Below are positions 35,584 to 36,809 of a stretch of 36,809 nucleotides of DNA, in pieces. Numbering within the stretch: position 1 is the stretch's first letter; every line of letters starts with the position of its first letter. The position numbers and the translations under genes were made by a program. The DNA comes from Bigelowiella natans CCMP2755 (lineage: Eukaryota > Protista > Cercozoa): positions 1-36,809 of the forward strand of contig ADNK01002055.1 of NCBI GenBank assembly GCA_000320545.1, written 5' to 3'. The notes under the pieces were generated by a model. That model saw nothing but the letters and a program-made list of their open reading frames with translations, ran no database searches and had not been told where the DNA came from.

Positions 35584-36809
35584 AATATAAATATTAGGTT
35601 TTGCGATCACAGTTGCAGCGGCATTGGGCGGTATATACACCACATTTTTACGAAAAGTTGCAAGCAAAAACTAGACATCCCCTTAATCAGAAATTTAAAT
35701 ACAAAATGTGTTGTCGTTGTTGTAGTCGTCATCGTCATCGTCATCGTCGTATTCGTCGTCGTCATTGTTGTTGTTATTGTTAGTATTGTTGTTGTTGTTG
35801 TCGTTGTATTGTTTACTATTAATGCTGCTGTATCTGCTGCTACTGTAGGAGCATTGGCCCAAATCGATGTCCGAATTCCGTACGCTGTAGCTAGTTTACT
35901 TGCGTTGATGTCCATCATCGTTCAGGTGTTATATCCTCTATATACAGTATCTACTGCTGTATATCATTATCACTTTCTTTTTCTTCTTCTTTCTCTCTAT
36001 TTTCCTCTCAATATCCTCTCATTTATGTCATATTTTTAGTTTGCTCCCTATTCCGATAATTGTATATACACATATATAAAAGATATGTGTATATGATGTA
36101 TCCACGGCTCTCCTGACCATACCTTGCTACAACTCACCAATGTACTACTACTACTACTGTGTTACTCCTACTATTACTCACCACAAACAGGGATTATTCG
36201 TGTCTGAAACCCTAGTGCTTACACCACCCTTCGACGACCAGAAAAAGGGGGGGGGGGGGTTGGACAACGACCCTGCTCATAATTCGCAGCAGCAGCAGCA
36301 GCAGCATAGCATCACCACTACTACCACCACCACCACCACCACCACCACCACCCCTGCTACCACAGACGGCTATTATACCAGTAGCAACAGCAACAATATA
36401 AATGATAATGATAATAATAATAATAGTAATAATAGCACAGGTAGTATGAAAGACGACATCGAAGAAGGATTATCATCATCATCATCATCATCATCATCAT
36501 TATCATCGTCTTCTTCTTTGTCGCCCTCCAGTAGTGTACAGCAACAGCAGCAGCAAGAGCAAGCAGCAATGGCAAATTTCTTAAATCGGCACCTCATCAA
36601 CAGCAACAACATCCCCATCCCTACAGCGACTTCTGCTGGGATCACGCCACCCTTTATTTCGTGGCTGCTCAAGGTGTGGAGGGGCGAGAGGTAGGGGGGC
36701 GTACGGAAACGGCAGCAGCAAAGGCGATAGCCATAGTAACAGCAACAACAACAGCACTCGTGTGCGAGAGGAGGAGGAGGAGGAGGAGGAGAATAGCAAA
36801 GCCAAGCAG
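33649..36809 (+). CDS. Major facilitator superfamily transporter (TetA/MFSD14-like), multi-exon, 3'-partial; start uncertain
   Basis: LEFMANP|VMGSMSDRRGRRPFL (MFS motif A), hydrophobic exons LLVLLILLGFE, GFAITVAAALGG and RIPYAVASLLALMSII, then FVSETL followed by a low-complexity loop. Confidence 0.82.

Noticed and set aside
10051-36672. ORFs made of VCVC, YIYI, THTH, poly-Y or poly-T
   Set aside because: They are translations of intronic microsatellites. Compound (CA)n(TA)n tracts are common in eukaryotes and were not counted as evidence for TA->CA conversion.

Overview
Eukaryotic nuclear DNA from an intron-rich, probably protist/algal genome (GT-AG introns, microsatellite-rich introns). The species cannot be fixed from the sequence. 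Seven host genes can be spliced by eye: mitochondrial ribosomal protein bL27, an ABCF ATPase, a Golgi-type UDP-glucuronate 4-epimerase, an LRR protein, Notchless/Rsa4, a Fyv7/CCDC59-like protein head-to-head with it, and a TetA/MFSD14-like MFS transporter that runs off the window. There is also a very young, complete Ty3/Gypsy LTR retrotransposon (3282-8997; identical 326-bp LTRs, GAGC target-site duplication). Two signals stand out. (1) The repeat-rich intergenic blocks (about 1-960, 24920-25930 and 31860-33520) have lost almost every TpA dinucleotide except in CTAG, while keeping CpG and gaining TG/CA. This looks like repeat-targeted TA->TG/CA (A:T->G:C) hypermutation, the reverse of fungal RIP. 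(2) The retrotransposon Pol ends, where chromoviruses carry a chromodomain, in a degenerate Dam-like N6-adenine-methyltransferase-fold domain, and the element sits in a small TpA-poor patch. All counts and splice models are manual.
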